Shown here: positions 50,089-61,893 of the stretch, one piece after another
How the letters are laid out: each line of letters opens with the position of its first letter
Numbering within the stretch: position 1 is the first letter of the stretch
Assembly: GCA_036785375.1 (NCBI GenBank)
Contig: JAWMAR010000140.1
Location: 868,001 to 932,000 of the forward strand
DNA length: 64,000 nt
DNA from: Leucoraja ocellata
Taxonomy: Eukaryota
Reading direction: 5' to 3'
Translations under genes and position numbers: made by a program
The notes under the pieces: model-generated
What the model was told of the DNA's origin: nothing
The model's input: the letters and a program-made list of their open reading frames with translations, nothing else
Databases searched by the model: none

Positions 50089-50555
50089 AAACACTTTAAC
50101 TCCCACTCCCATTCCCACACTGACCTTTCTGTCCTGGGCCTCCTCCTCTGCCAGAGTGAGGCCTAATGCAAATTGCAGGAACAGCACCTCATATTTCACA
50201 TGGGTAGCCTACATCACAGCTGTATGAACATTGACTTCTCCAACTTCAAGTAACCCTTGTTTTTCCTCTCCCTCCATCCATCCCCCACCCTAGTTCTCCA
50301 ACTAGTTTCACTGTCCTCCTGATTAATTTTACTGTCTGTATGTCTCCTTGTCACTTTCCCCTCAGCCAACAATGAAGCATTGTACATTTCCTTGATCACA
50401 TCTGCTTTGATTTGCCCTTTTCACACCTTACCCTTCTATATCTCTAGTCTCCAGACTCTCAGTCTGAAATAGGGTCACAACCCCAAATGTCACCCATTCC
50501 TTCTCTCCAGAGATGCTCTTTGTCCCGCTGAGTTACTCCAGCATTTTGTGCCTAC
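50089..50555 (+). mobile_element. Penelope (Poseidon-type) GIY-YIG C-terminus plus pLTR
   Basis: HFNSHSHSHTDLSVLGLLLCQSEA*CKLQEQHLIFHMGSL...MNIDFSNFK*, then the pLTR. Confidence 0.85.
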
Positions 50556-50764
50556 GGATGAATATTTGGAGTAGTTGTTGGTATCCCTGTTAAGTAGACA
50601 ACTTTGTCATGGATGGTGACAACCATCTTGTTGGTGCTGCACTCAACCAGGCTAATGGTGAGCATTCTATCGCACTTCTGCCTTTTGTCTGGGTTGGTGG
50701 AAAGGCCTTGGTGAATGAGGAGGAGAGTCTCTCACTGCACGACACCCAACCTCTGATCTTTACT

Positions 50765-51079
50765 TTATAGTTTTAGAGATACAGCGTGGAAACAGGCCCT
50801 TCAGCCCATCGGTTCCGCGCCGACCAGCGATCCCCGCATATTAACACTATCCCACACACACTACGGACAATTTTTACATTTACCAAGGCAATTTACCTAT
50901 AAACCTGTACGTCTTTGGAGTGTGAGAGGAAATCGAAGATCTTGGGGAAAACCCACGCGGTCACGGGGAGAACGTACAAACTTCATACAGACAGCACCCT
51001 TAGTCGGGATCGAACCCGGGTCTCCGGCGCTGCAAGCGCTGTAAGGCAGCAACTCTACCGCTGCACCACAGTGCCGCCC
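50765..51079 (-). mobile_element. Full-length HE1-type SINE
   Basis: Minus: gggcggcactgtggtgcagcggtagagttgctgcc...cccgggttcgatcccgact...ctgtatctctaaaac. Confidence 0.9.
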
Positions 51080-51844
51080 CAATCTGTTGTTTTAACCATA
51101 GTATTTATGAGCATGATCCTCTCTCTATGCTTCAAAATCCTTCCTTGTACCAATATACTGCTCGGTCAAATATGCGGCTTCCCTGAAGTTTCCTGCAACG
51201 TTTCACTATGCTAAGTGTGCGCCATAAATGAAAGCCAGTGATGTGCTCCATGAAACAAATTGCCATTGCAATAAAACAGCTACCCGAAAAGTTTACAATA
51301 ATGAACTATTGATGTTTTCTGTTATTTATGTAGAAATGCAAACTTTATTAGAGGGCATACTGTATATATGCTTTAATGCAGATATTAAGTCGTTGCTGCT
51401 AGATATATTGTATGTTGTTCTGCTGTGAGATTTGTTAGCTCAGAACTCTATTCAAATCCACTTAACAGTGCGAAGCAAATCTAATTGCCTGGTAGGTACA
51501 AAATAAATTTACAATGGAAAGCTAAATCATTTAAAATCAATATATACTTTTGACAACAATGTAATTACTGCCACACCATCCTTTACATCGCAAAATAATG
51601 TCAACTTCGAGTGTGGCACTTTATTCTTTAATTTAAATTTTTTAGGGTTTTTTTTTCATTCTTTCTGTCACTGTTTCTCTCAATACCCTGTCTTTAATTC
51701 ATTTCCTGAACCTGAATACTCAGCTATACTTTACAATGTCTTGAGTCAGATTTGTACAGTTAATTTAATCTGTTAGGTTAAGAACACCCATGGTTACTTT
51801 GCTTTTTGTTCAGGAGGCCGGTAACTTGTAGAGGTTGTCACATT

Positions 51845-52453
51845 GAGGTTGAGTAGGCTGTGACTCTATTCCTTGGAGCACAGGAGGATGAGGGATGATC
51901 TAAAGAGAGGTGTCTAAAATCATGAGAGGAATAGACTGGGTAGATGCTCAGAGTCTCTTGCCTGACGACCAGAGGACATAGGTTTAAGGTCAAGGAGAAA
52001 ATGATTTAATAGGAATCTGAGGGGCAACTGTTACACACAAAGGGTGATGGGTGTATGGAACAAGCTGCCAGAGGAGGTAGTTGAGGCAGGGACTATCCCA
52101 ACATTTAAGAAACAGTTAGACAGGTACATGGATAGGACAGGTTTGGAGGCACACAAAAATGCTGGAGAAACTCAGCGGGTGCAGCAGCATCTATGGAGCG
52201 AAGGAAATAGGCAACATTTCGGGCCAAAACCCCAAGGGTTCATAGATGCTGCTGCACCTGCTGAGTTTCTCCAGCATTTTTGCGTGCCTTCGATTTTCCA
52301 GCATCTGCAATTCCTTCTCAAACCCAACAGGTTTGGAGGGATATGGAGTAAGTGCAGGCAGGTGGGACAAGTGTACCTGGGACATTGTTGGCTGATGTAG
52401 GCAAGTAAGGCCGAAGGGCCTGTTTCCACACTGTATCACTCTATGAGTCTATG
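51845..52453 (+). mobile_element. CR1 3' fragment split by a Penelope dimer
   Basis: GVWNKLPEEVVEAGTIPTFKKQLDRYMDRTGLE; resumes ggatatggag...ggccgaagggcctgtttcc. Confidence 0.85.
52150..52326. mobile_element. Inverted Penelope pLTR dimer (second subfamily) with perfect 13-bp TSD
   Basis: TSD acaggtttggagg at 52137-52149 and 52327-52339; arms gctggagaaactcagcgggtgcagcagcatctatg / catagatgctgctgcacctgctgagtttctccagc. Confidence 0.85.
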
Positions 52454-52725
52454 ATATGTGTTCCAGTCCACAGTTTAACAATGTCTTGCAATGTGCCATA
52501 CTCATTAAAAGGCCAAAGTAAGTCACTTTAATCCCACATGACATTTTTGGACCATCATCATTTTACGTTAAAGTGAATGTAAAACAAATAATTGCAATCT
52601 CTCAGGCATTATTTATTACTAAAGGCATGATGATTTTTTCTTTCAAAAAAGAATCAGTAGCCTGGGTGATGCTGAGAGAGTTGGCACTTGGTCCCAAATA
52701 TCCTCACGCTGATTGCTGGAGCTCC

Positions 52726-52992
52726 CACACAGTGGTGCAGCGGTAGAGTTGCTGCCTTACAGCGAATGCAGCGCCGGAGACCCGGGTGCGATCCTAACAA
52801 TGGGTGCTGTCTGTATGGAGTGTGTACATTCTCCGTGTGACCATGTGGATTTTCTCCGAAATCTTCGGTTTCCTTGGTTAATTGGCTTGGTAAATGTAAA
52901 AATTGTACATAGTGGGTGTAGGATAGTGTTAATGTGCAGGGATCGCTGGTTGGCCTGGACCCGATGGGCCGAAGGGCCTGTTTCGGCACTGA
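52726..52992 (+). mobile_element. HE1-type SINE
   Basis: gtggtgcagcggtagagttgctgccttacagcg...gggccgaagggcctgtttc. Confidence 0.85.
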
Positions 52993-53291
52993 TTCTCTTG
53001 ACTAAGCTAAAGGTCCAGCTGTGAACTACCTCCAACAGTTTCTTCAGAGCATCCTGGCAAATCTCTTCAGCGATCCCATACCTGGCCCAGGCTTGAGTTA
53101 AGTAACTCTATTTATTTCAATGTAGATAAATGATTGCAAAGTGGGGAGGCAACGTTTATTGCAATGTAATTTATATCTTTTAAATAATTGTGTTTTTTTA
53201 CTTCATTATTTTCTAGCATTAAAAAAATCTTTGGACTTCTTGTAAAATAGAAACATTTGTTCTTCATAGGCAATGTGTATTTTTCCATGAT

Positions 53292-54082
53292 GGACACAAA
53301 AAGCTGGAGTAACTCAGCGGGACAGGCAGCATCTATGGAGAGAAGGAATGGGTGACATTTTGGGTCGAGACCCTTCTTCAGACGGGATTAGGAAACGAGA
53401 GATACTGTATAGACGGTGATGTGGAGAGATAAAGAACAATGAATGAAAGATATGCAAAGAAGTAACGATGATCATGATATCAGTCTGAAGAAGGGTCTCG
53501 AACTAAACCATCGCCAATTCCTTCTCTCCATAGATGCTGCCTCACCTGCTGAGTTCCTCCAGTATTTTTTGTCCGCCTTCGATTTTTGAAGCATCTGCAG
53601 TTCTTTCATAAACACGATGATAAAGGAAACAGGCCATTGTTAGCTGTTTGTAGGGTGAACATTAGAATCTACTGCGACTTGGATGGGGGAGGGATAGAGA
53701 GAGAGGAAATGCCGGGGCTACCTGAAGCGAGAGAAATCAACATTCATGCCGCTTGTCTGTAAGCTGTCGAAGCAACATAAGAGATGCTGTTCCTTCAATT
53801 TGCGTTTAGCCTCACTCTGACAATGGAGGAGACAGAGAACAGAAAGTGTGTGTGGGAATGGGAAGGAGAATTAAAGTGTCCAGCAACCAGGAGATCAGGT
53901 TGGTTCAGGCGGGCTGAGCGAAGATCGCAAAACGATCGCCCAGTCGCGTTTGGTCGCGCCATTGTATAAGAGTCCACATCTTGAACAACAGATACAGTAT
54001 ATGAGGTTGGAGGAAATGCAAGTGAACCTCTGACAAACCTGAAAAGATTGTTGGGGTCCCTGGACAGTCGAGGGAGGAGGTA
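53292..54082 (-). mobile_element. Penelope element 3' part with GIY-YIG domain and nested pLTR unit (53473-53613)
   Basis: QRFTCISSNLIYCICCSRCGLLYNGATKR..LGDRF..AGHFNSPSHSHT (GIY-YIG with CxxC); nested unit flanked by acgatgat at 53465-53472 and 53614-53621. Confidence 0.9.
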
Positions 54083-54635
54083 TAACGATGTTTCGATGTT
54101 TTGGATGACATCTACACTGTAAATGCATCGATTGTAATCATGTATTGTCTTTCTGCTGACTTGTTAGCAGGCAACAGAAGCTTTTCACTGTACCTCGGTA
54201 CACATGACAATAAACTAAACTGAACTAAACCGATTTCAATATTGACAGCCAGTCTAGCCTGAAGTCATGGCTCAACTTGGTGACAAAACCATTCCCAAGG
54301 GAAGGCTTGGGTTTAAATCAATGTTGTTTATAGCCCGAAAGCCATGTAAGGACATCAGCAACCATCACAGTGCTAGCTTCATAGAATGAATTGGAAATCC
54401 AGGCAAAGTCTCCAAGGGGCAAGACATCAGTGAATGTAGCCAGAATTGAGCTTCCCGAGCGTGACACAAAAATATTTTAGGCATTGCAATTGTTTCATAT
54501 CAGTGACTACATTGTAATTAATATTAATTGAGAAGCACTTTCAAATTAAAGTCAATACTTGGGCAGTGTTTTTGCGTTGGTCGGTGCCTCATACCCGCAC
54601 ATACATACGCCATGTCAGCACTATTATGGTCAAAA

Positions 54636-55690
54636 CCATATAAAATTCTTAAGGGATTGGACAGGCTAGATGCAGAAAAAATGTTCCCGATGTTCGGGGA
54701 GTCCAGAACCAGGGATCACAGTTTAAGAATAAGGGATTTGCCATTTAGGACTGAGATGAGGAAAAACTTTTCACGCCAGAGAGTTGTGAATCTGTGGAAT
54801 TCTCTGCCACAGAGGCCAGTGGAGGCCAATTCACTGGATGTATTTGAGAGAGAGTTAGAACTGACTCTTCGGGCTAACGGAATCAAGGGAAATGGGGAGA
54901 AAGCAGGGCACTGATTTGGATGATCAGCCATGATCTTATTGAATGGCGGTGCTGGCTTGAAACATAAAAACATAGAACATAGAAACATAGAAATTAGGTG
55001 CAGGAGTAGGCCATTCGGCCCTTCGAGCCTGCACCGCCATTCAATATGATCATGGCTGATCATCCAACTCAGTATCTCGTACCTGCCTTCTCTCCATACC
55101 CTCTGATCCCCTTAGCCACAAGGGCCACATCTAACTCCCTCTTAAATATAGTCAATGAACTGGCCTCAACTACCCTCTGTGGCAGAGAGTTTCTGAGATT
55201 CACCACTCTCTGTGTGAAAAAAGTTCTCCTCATCTCGGTTTTAAAGGATTTCCCCCTTATCCTTAAGCTGTGACCCCTTGTCCTGGACTTCCCCAACATC
55301 GGGAACAATCTTCCTGCATCTAACCTGTCCAACCCCTTAAGAATTTTGTAAGTTTCTATAAGATCCCCTCTCAATCTCCTAAATTCTAGAGTGTATAAAC
55401 CAAGTCTATCCAGTCTTTCTTCATAAGACAGTCCTGACATCCCAGGAATCAGTCTGGTGAACCGTCTCTGCACTCCCTCTATGGCAATAATGTCCTTCCT
55501 CAGATTTGGAGACCAAAACTGTACGCAATACTCCAGGTGTGGTTTCACCAAGACCCTGTACAACTGCAGTAGAACCTCCCTGCTCCTATACTCAAATCCT
55601 TTTGCTATGAAAGTCAACGTACCATTCGCTTTCTTTACTACCTGCTGCACCTGCGTGCCTACTTGAAGGGCCGAATGGTCTGCTCCTGCA
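54636..55690. mobile_element. CR1 (plus) with an inverted young CR1 (minus, 54962-55661) inserted in its tail
   Basis: ORF 55069-55650 minus: LYRVLVKPHLEYCVQFWSP...RRLRGDLIETYKIL; TSD cttgaa at 54956-54961 and 55662-55667. Confidence 0.9.
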
Positions 55691-55804
55691 CCTATTTTCT
55701 GTCTCTATGTTCCAACAGCGCGTGCACATGGAACGCTGGCTGGACATCTGCAGAGGAGCTGATTGTGATCAGCTGTTCTGCTGTTGAACATCAGTGGCAA
55801 CAAG

Positions 55805-56270
55805 TGCAGAAAGGAACCACAGATGCTGGTCTATACCGAAGGTAGACATAAAGTACTGGAGCAACTCAAAGAGTTAGGCAACTTCTCTGGAGAAAAAGGA
55901 TGGGTGACGTTTTGGGTTAGGACCCTTCTTTAGATGGAAAATCGAGGGGAGGGATCACAAGGTAAGAAAAGGCCAGAACAAAGCAGGGCCAGCAACAGAT
56001 GACCAAGGAAGGGTGGAGCCCATAATGGCCCATTGTTGAGTGGAAGAGGTGATAACAAAGAGATACAAGGATGTGAATAGTAGAACTAGTAGGGCAACTC
56101 AGATGGGGGAGAGGGGACAGAGGGAATGCAGGGGTTACTTGACATCAACATTCAACGTTTCGGCTCGAAACGCCACCTATTTCCTTCGCTCCATAGATGC
56201 TGCTGCACCCGCTGAGTTTCTCCAGCATTTTTGTGCACCATCAACATTCACACTGCTGGGTTGTAAACTG
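55805..56270 (-). mobile_element. Penelope 3' part with an 84-bp nested unit (56155-56238), 12-bp TSD
   Basis: TSD catcaacattca at 56143-56154 and 56239-56250. Confidence 0.8.
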
Positions 56271-56474
56271 AGTGGCAATGGGGTATCTCAATGCTCCAGC
56301 TTAAACAAACATAAGAGCATAAGTACCAGGAGCAGGAGACAGTCAGATGGATCCTTCTGCCATTCAATAAGATCTTGCTGCTCTGATCTTGGTATCTCTA
56401 CTTTCCTGTCGGATCTCCATAATCCTTCATTTCACTATTGTCCAAAGATGTGTCAGTGCCCTCTAGGATATATT

Positions 56475-56785
56475 CATAAATTCGTAAGTGATAGGAGTAG
56501 AATTTGGCCATTCGGCCCATCAAGTCTACTCCGCCATTCAATCATGGCTGATCTTTCTCTCCCTCCAAACCCAATTCTCCTGCCCTCTCCCCATAACCAC
56601 CGACACCCACACCAATCAAGAATCTATCAATCTCTGCCTTGAAAATATCCATTGACATTGAGAGGTTCTCCACCCTGTGACTAAAGAAATACCTCCTCAT
56701 CTCCTTCCTCAAGGAACATCCTTTAATTCTGAGGCTATGTTCTCTGTCCTCTGGTCCTAGATGCTCCCACTAGTGGAAACATCCA
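56475..56785 (-). mobile_element. CR1 3' fragment
   Basis: aagtgataggagtagaatttggccattcggccc...ctttaattctgaggctatg...cccactagtggaaacatcc. Confidence 0.85.
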
Positions 56786-56927
56786 TGGGAGGAGAAATCA
56801 AACTAACATTTCACATTGAAGACCAAACCTTTAACCCTATTTCTCTTCTCACAGATACCGCTTGACCTCTTGAGTATTTCCAGTGTTTACTTTTTTAAAT
56901 TTTAGATTAAACACCTACATTAGAATA

Positions 56928-57348
56928 GCTCTGCCGCGGGCCAGTGGATCACAACGTCGGGAGCTGGCGCCTGTTCTCCGGAGTTCCCGCGGCAACAGCT
57001 GCATCCGCTGGACTGGAGGGCGGCAGCTTCGACCACCCTGGGCCGCGGCGCTTGGACCGGCCCGTTCGCGGAGCTCGGTTGAGCCGCGGGACTGACTACC
57101 ATCGCCCGGTGGGGTATCGCCTCAGCGCAGGGGGAGAATGAGGAAGGAAGAGACAGTAACTTTAAGATTTTGCCTCCATCACAGTGAGGAGGTGCCTGGT
57201 GAACCCACTGTGGTGGATGTTAATTTGTGTTTATTGTGTGTTTTGTTGTTTATTATTATATGTATGGCTGCAGGCAATGATATTTCGTTCAGACCGAAAG
57301 GTCTGAATGACAAATAAAGGACCTAATCTAATCTAATCTAATCTAATC
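56928..57348 (+). mobile_element. CpG-rich, young Rex1-tailed non-autonomous element
   Basis: GC-rich body; hairpin ccatcacagtg..cactgtggtgg; terminal ttcagacc-gaaa-ggtctgaa stem-loop; tgacaaataaa; (ctaat)n tail. Confidence 0.7.
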
Positions 57349-59788
57349 TCTTTTATTCTAAAAGGCTCTTATCGTATCTGCCTCCAACACCACCACGTGC
57401 GTTCCAATTCCCCACTGCTGTCTGTGTAAAAACCTGACCCGCTCATCTCCATGGAACTTTCCCTCTCTCACCTTATAGTCATGCCCCCTATCAATGCCTC
57501 TCATTGTTTTATACAACTTCTATCAAGTCTCCCCTCAACCTCCGATGTTCTGAGTTTCGAGAATGGTATCCATGTTTGTGAGGGAGTTAGCCACATGAGA
57601 ATTCTACAAGACCTGCCCGCCTCTCTCCGATTGTCTGTAATGCTCTCTCCCTTTGTCTACTCTGCACAGTGTGCCCCACTGTCACTCCAGGCAAGCCATC
57701 AGACCGGAACAAGTTGCAGACCATAGTCCTCAGGGACATGTGTCTTCTCCCTGATTTCCACAATCTGACAGGAAGAGTACGTCCTTTTATTCTAAGGCAC
57801 AGATTCTTGATTAGTACGGGTCTCAGAGGTTATGGAGCGAAGGCAGGAGAATGGGGTTAGGAGGGAGAGGTAGATCAGCCCTGATTGAATAGCGGAGTAG
57901 ACTTGATGGGCCGAATGGCCTAATTTTGCTCCTATCTCTTACGATCACCCAGAGTGTTTCAGGAGCAATCGGCCTTTATCTTCAGTAAGAAAGTATTTGT
58001 ATGAAGCTTGTGCTTCAGTAAGGATGCCCTCATTGTATTTTGCCTCCTAGAGGTGTATGCAGGCTGCCCCAGGTGCAGGCTGGCTTGAGACACCTAGAAT
58101 AACTACTGTAACTGGTTATGGCCACTCATGTTGCATACCCTGCAAAACCTCTATTTACAAGCCATTAATCTGCATACTTTATCCCACAGAAATATTTCCC
58201 TTGCCACATTCTATGCCTATCGCTACAACGCTCTTACTTCATCCTATCATAAGATGCACAAAGTATGAAATATTATAAAATCTACAACACAAGGTAGATG
58301 TCTCTATCAGTCCTTTATCAGTGTGCTTAGAACAAGCACAAGGGCATGATTTACGCAGGATTATGGACATTTTAGTTCAGTTCGTTGGGGAAACAACAGG
58401 AACATATGAAGTCACCTAATCCCATATCACTGTGAACATTGTACCCTGGGCAGAATAAACAGCTGAAATGGTTACAGTCAATTGTACTTGCCAACAAATT
58501 CAAATTCAGGTAATTGAGTCATTGGGGGCTGCACTGGATAGGAGCAATAAGTGGGAGCTGCAATATCAATGTGTAATAGCTCACATTCTGATGAACCGAG
58601 GTAGGCTTGTGTGGAAGTTTGGCTACCAAGTCGTTACCATGATTCAGTTCCCAGCCAGCACTAATTGTGCTGTTGATTGCCTTATTGCATCACCGTGGGG
58701 TTCAATTTCATGAGCAATTAGCACCAGTTTGCACTGCTTAAAAATAAATAGCCTGCCCATCTTTTTTTTTTTAAATGGGGCCGCAGCAAGCAATGGGAAT
58801 TATTCTGGACATAACTGCAGCTTTATTGAGGCGGGACAATGCAGAAGAAATCACATAGCCTGTTCGGTAATAGAAGTGGATAATTCTTCCTACTATTAGA
58901 TGTTGCCTCTGTGTGTGTGTGTGTGATGAACATTGGCTGTGTTTTTCAGGTCTAGTTTGGCAGCATTGACTTCAAATCAGCACTGCGTGCTGACTGATGT
59001 TGCAGTATCTCTGCTTTACATATGCCTGGTGCGTGAGAGTGTCAGATGCACTAATACTCATCCCAAGCAGCTGGAGTGACTTGCATTATAAATATGCATT
59101 GGGCACTTTCCTTGCCAAATTGGAAATAAATTACTACCTGTAATAGCAGTCTGCCAATGAGGGATATGCATCCAAACTTGGAAGCCTTTCTCCACTAATG
59201 TGCATGATTTTTTTTAAATTGTTCCTCTCCATGTCAATCTATGTAGATACCCATTTTTTTTTACTGGGTCCACATCAAAAGGATTTGATTCTTCCTTCCC
59301 CCCCACCACATTAAAATGTACATTGTGTCAGTTCTCAAGGGGAAATGCGTATGATGTTAACATTGAAAGCCATTTCTCTTCCTATTGAAGTCTAAGTACG
59401 TGTGTGGGAGATTGCAGTAATGGAAGAAATGTGTTCATTTTACCTGAGAAGTCACAATGTAAAACTCTTTTATAAATGCACTTGAATAAGATAAACTGAT
59501 CCTTTATCTCTGTCCATTTTCTTTCCTGATGACCATATCCCTTGATTAGGGTACTAACCAAAAGTCCAACAGTCTGAGTTCACCAGCCAGACACACTTTC
59601 CATTGAAAACAGCTCCTTGACATTCATTCTGTCATGCCCTAATGAGGTTATCTTACATTCTTTGAAGATCAGTGTTTCCTCAGGAGAACACCTTCACATG
59701 CAAGGACTCAGTCAAATGAACGTGTGCTGTCCTGCCTCAAAGGTAACTCTATATTTCTTTGGGTTTGGAGACTGTCACTACACACACT

Positions 59789-60086
59789 AGGGTGCCACAA
59801 TGGCGCAGCGGTAGAGCTGCTCCGTTACAGTGCTTTACCTGGGTTTGATCCTGACCACGGGTGCTTGTCTGTATGATGTTTGTACATTCTCCCCGTGACC
59901 GCATGGGTTTTCTCCAAGATCTTCAGTTTCCTCCCACACTCTAAAGACGTACAGGATTGTAGGTTAATTGGCTTGGTGTAAATGTAAAATAATCTCCGGT
60001 GCGTGTGTTAATGTGCAGGGATCGCTGATCAGAGCAGACTCGGTGGGCTGAAGGGTCTGTTTCCGTGCTGTATCTTTAAACTAAAC
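59789..60086 (+). mobile_element. HE1-type SINE
   Basis: tggcgcagcggtagagctgc...gggtttgatcctgacc...ctgtatctttaaactaaac. Confidence 0.85.
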
Positions 60087-60289
60087 AAAAGGGCTACTTC
60101 AGACGTGGTCTCACCAAAATGCTACAATTTGGGCAAGAATCCCTCTCTCTTGTACTCAAAACATTACTTTAATGAACTTCAATAAAGCCCTTGCCTTTGC
60201 GATTGTTCCCAGTAGTTATACATAAGCCTAGTTCATTCAGTGCACCACCTCATCAGATTCCTCTCTATATATATATATATTTAGTTGTT

Positions 60290-60421
60290 GTGTATGATGG
60301 AACTGCAGATGCTGGTTTACACCGCAAATAGATACAAAATGCTGGTGTATCTCAGCGGGACAGGCAGCATCTCTGGAGAGATGGAATGGGTGACATTTTG
60401 GGTCAAGACCCTTCTTCAGAC
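60290..60421 (-). mobile_element. Penelope pLTR unit
   Basis: ggaactgcagatgctgg...gggtgacattttgggtcaagacccttcttcagac. Confidence 0.75.
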
Positions 60422-61267
60422 ATTTCCATTTAGTTGTTTTATTTTTTCTCTATTTGTCCTACCTTACATTTTCCATCTGTTAATTTCTTACTCATTATCC
60501 ACTATCCTTTATGTCTTTTTCATAGCTCCGATTATCACCTCACTCACTATCATCAGCAAACCTGAATGTACTGCACTATCCTTATATCTATCACTGATAT
60601 ACACTGTAAATTTCTGAGACCTCATTACTGATCCTGTCACTAAACTACTATCCATGTTAATATTATTATTCCGACCACATGAGCCCTTACTGAGTGTAAC
60701 AATTAAATGCATTTTGAAAATTGAGACAGGGCACTTTATTCTCCTTTATCTATTCTGCTGGTTAAACTCCCTAAAATGTTTGTTACGCTCTCTAAAATCG
60801 CTTTTAAACTTGTCAAATGTGATTTCCCTTTTATAAACTTATCTCATTTGACTCCACCTCATCTACAACTTTATGTGCCCTATTACCATGTCCTTCATAG
60901 TGAATTCCAATATCTCCCCAACAAATGTCATCTATAGATGGTTTGTATGTCCTGACATTGTCTTTCTTCTTGAAAAGCAATTCCACGATTGCTATCACAT
61001 CTTTTAGGCTTTTCTGGAATCTGGGAATGTTTGAAAGATGATCACTAATGGATTCACCATCCCTGAAACTACGTATTTAGGAAAGCTTGGAAGTAATCCT
61101 TGAGGTCCATGGGGTTTTGCTGGCTTTTAGTCCTCCTACCCTCTCCAATGGTTTCTCTCCATATTGTCCAAATTACTTTAGGATTCTCACACTTGATGAA
61201 CTCTCTGCTCCCCAATATTTCCAGGGAAAGTGGAATAGTCTCCTTCTGTGAAGGCAAATAAAAAAGA

Positions 61268-61893
61268 TGGGTAACTGTTATATTTGATATGGAAGGTGGA
61301 GGGGCAGGTAGTGTAGAGAAAGCAGGGACTCTGCAGAAGGACTTGAGCAGGTGGGAGATTTGGCAAAGAAGTGGCAGATGGAATACAGTGCAGCAATGTT
61401 TGGAGTCATGCAGTCATGTATTTTGGTAGTAGGAAAAAAGGAGTAGACTATTTTCTAAATGGGTAGAGAATTAAGAAATCAGAGGTGCAAAGGGACTTGG
61501 GAGTGCATGATTCCCAAAAGGTTAAGTTGCAAGTCAAATCAGTAGTAAGGAAGGCAAATATAATGCTAGCATTTATTTTGAGGGGAATAGAATGAGCAGA
61601 TGCTATAACCTTAGAATAAAATGATATACCTTTAGAAAGGAGATGAGGAGGAATTTCTTTAGTCAGAGTGTGGTGAATCTGTGGAGTTCATTGCCACAGA
61701 AGGCTATGAAGGCCAAGTGAATAGATATATTTTAAGGTGGAGATTGATAACCTCTTGATTAGTATGGATGTCAAGGGTTATGGGAAGAAGGCAGGAGAAT
61801 GGGGTTGAGAGGGAAAGATAGATCAGCCATGATTGAAAGGCAGAGTAGACCTGATGGACCGAATGGTCTAATTCTACTCCTATCACTTATGAA
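61268..61893 (+). mobile_element. Decayed CR1 3' portion
   Basis: Degenerate LQKDL...KWQMEY...QRDLGV motifs, then FFSQSVVNLWSSLP and the standard tail. Confidence 0.8.

Noticed and set aside
50990-51079. tRNA-like sequence with A/B boxes (also in other SINE heads)
   Set aside because: Continues directly into the SINE body; not a tRNA gene.
56040-56642. 200-aa plus-strand ORF
   Set aside because: Runs across Penelope, a nested pLTR and antisense CR1 pieces; chance read-through.
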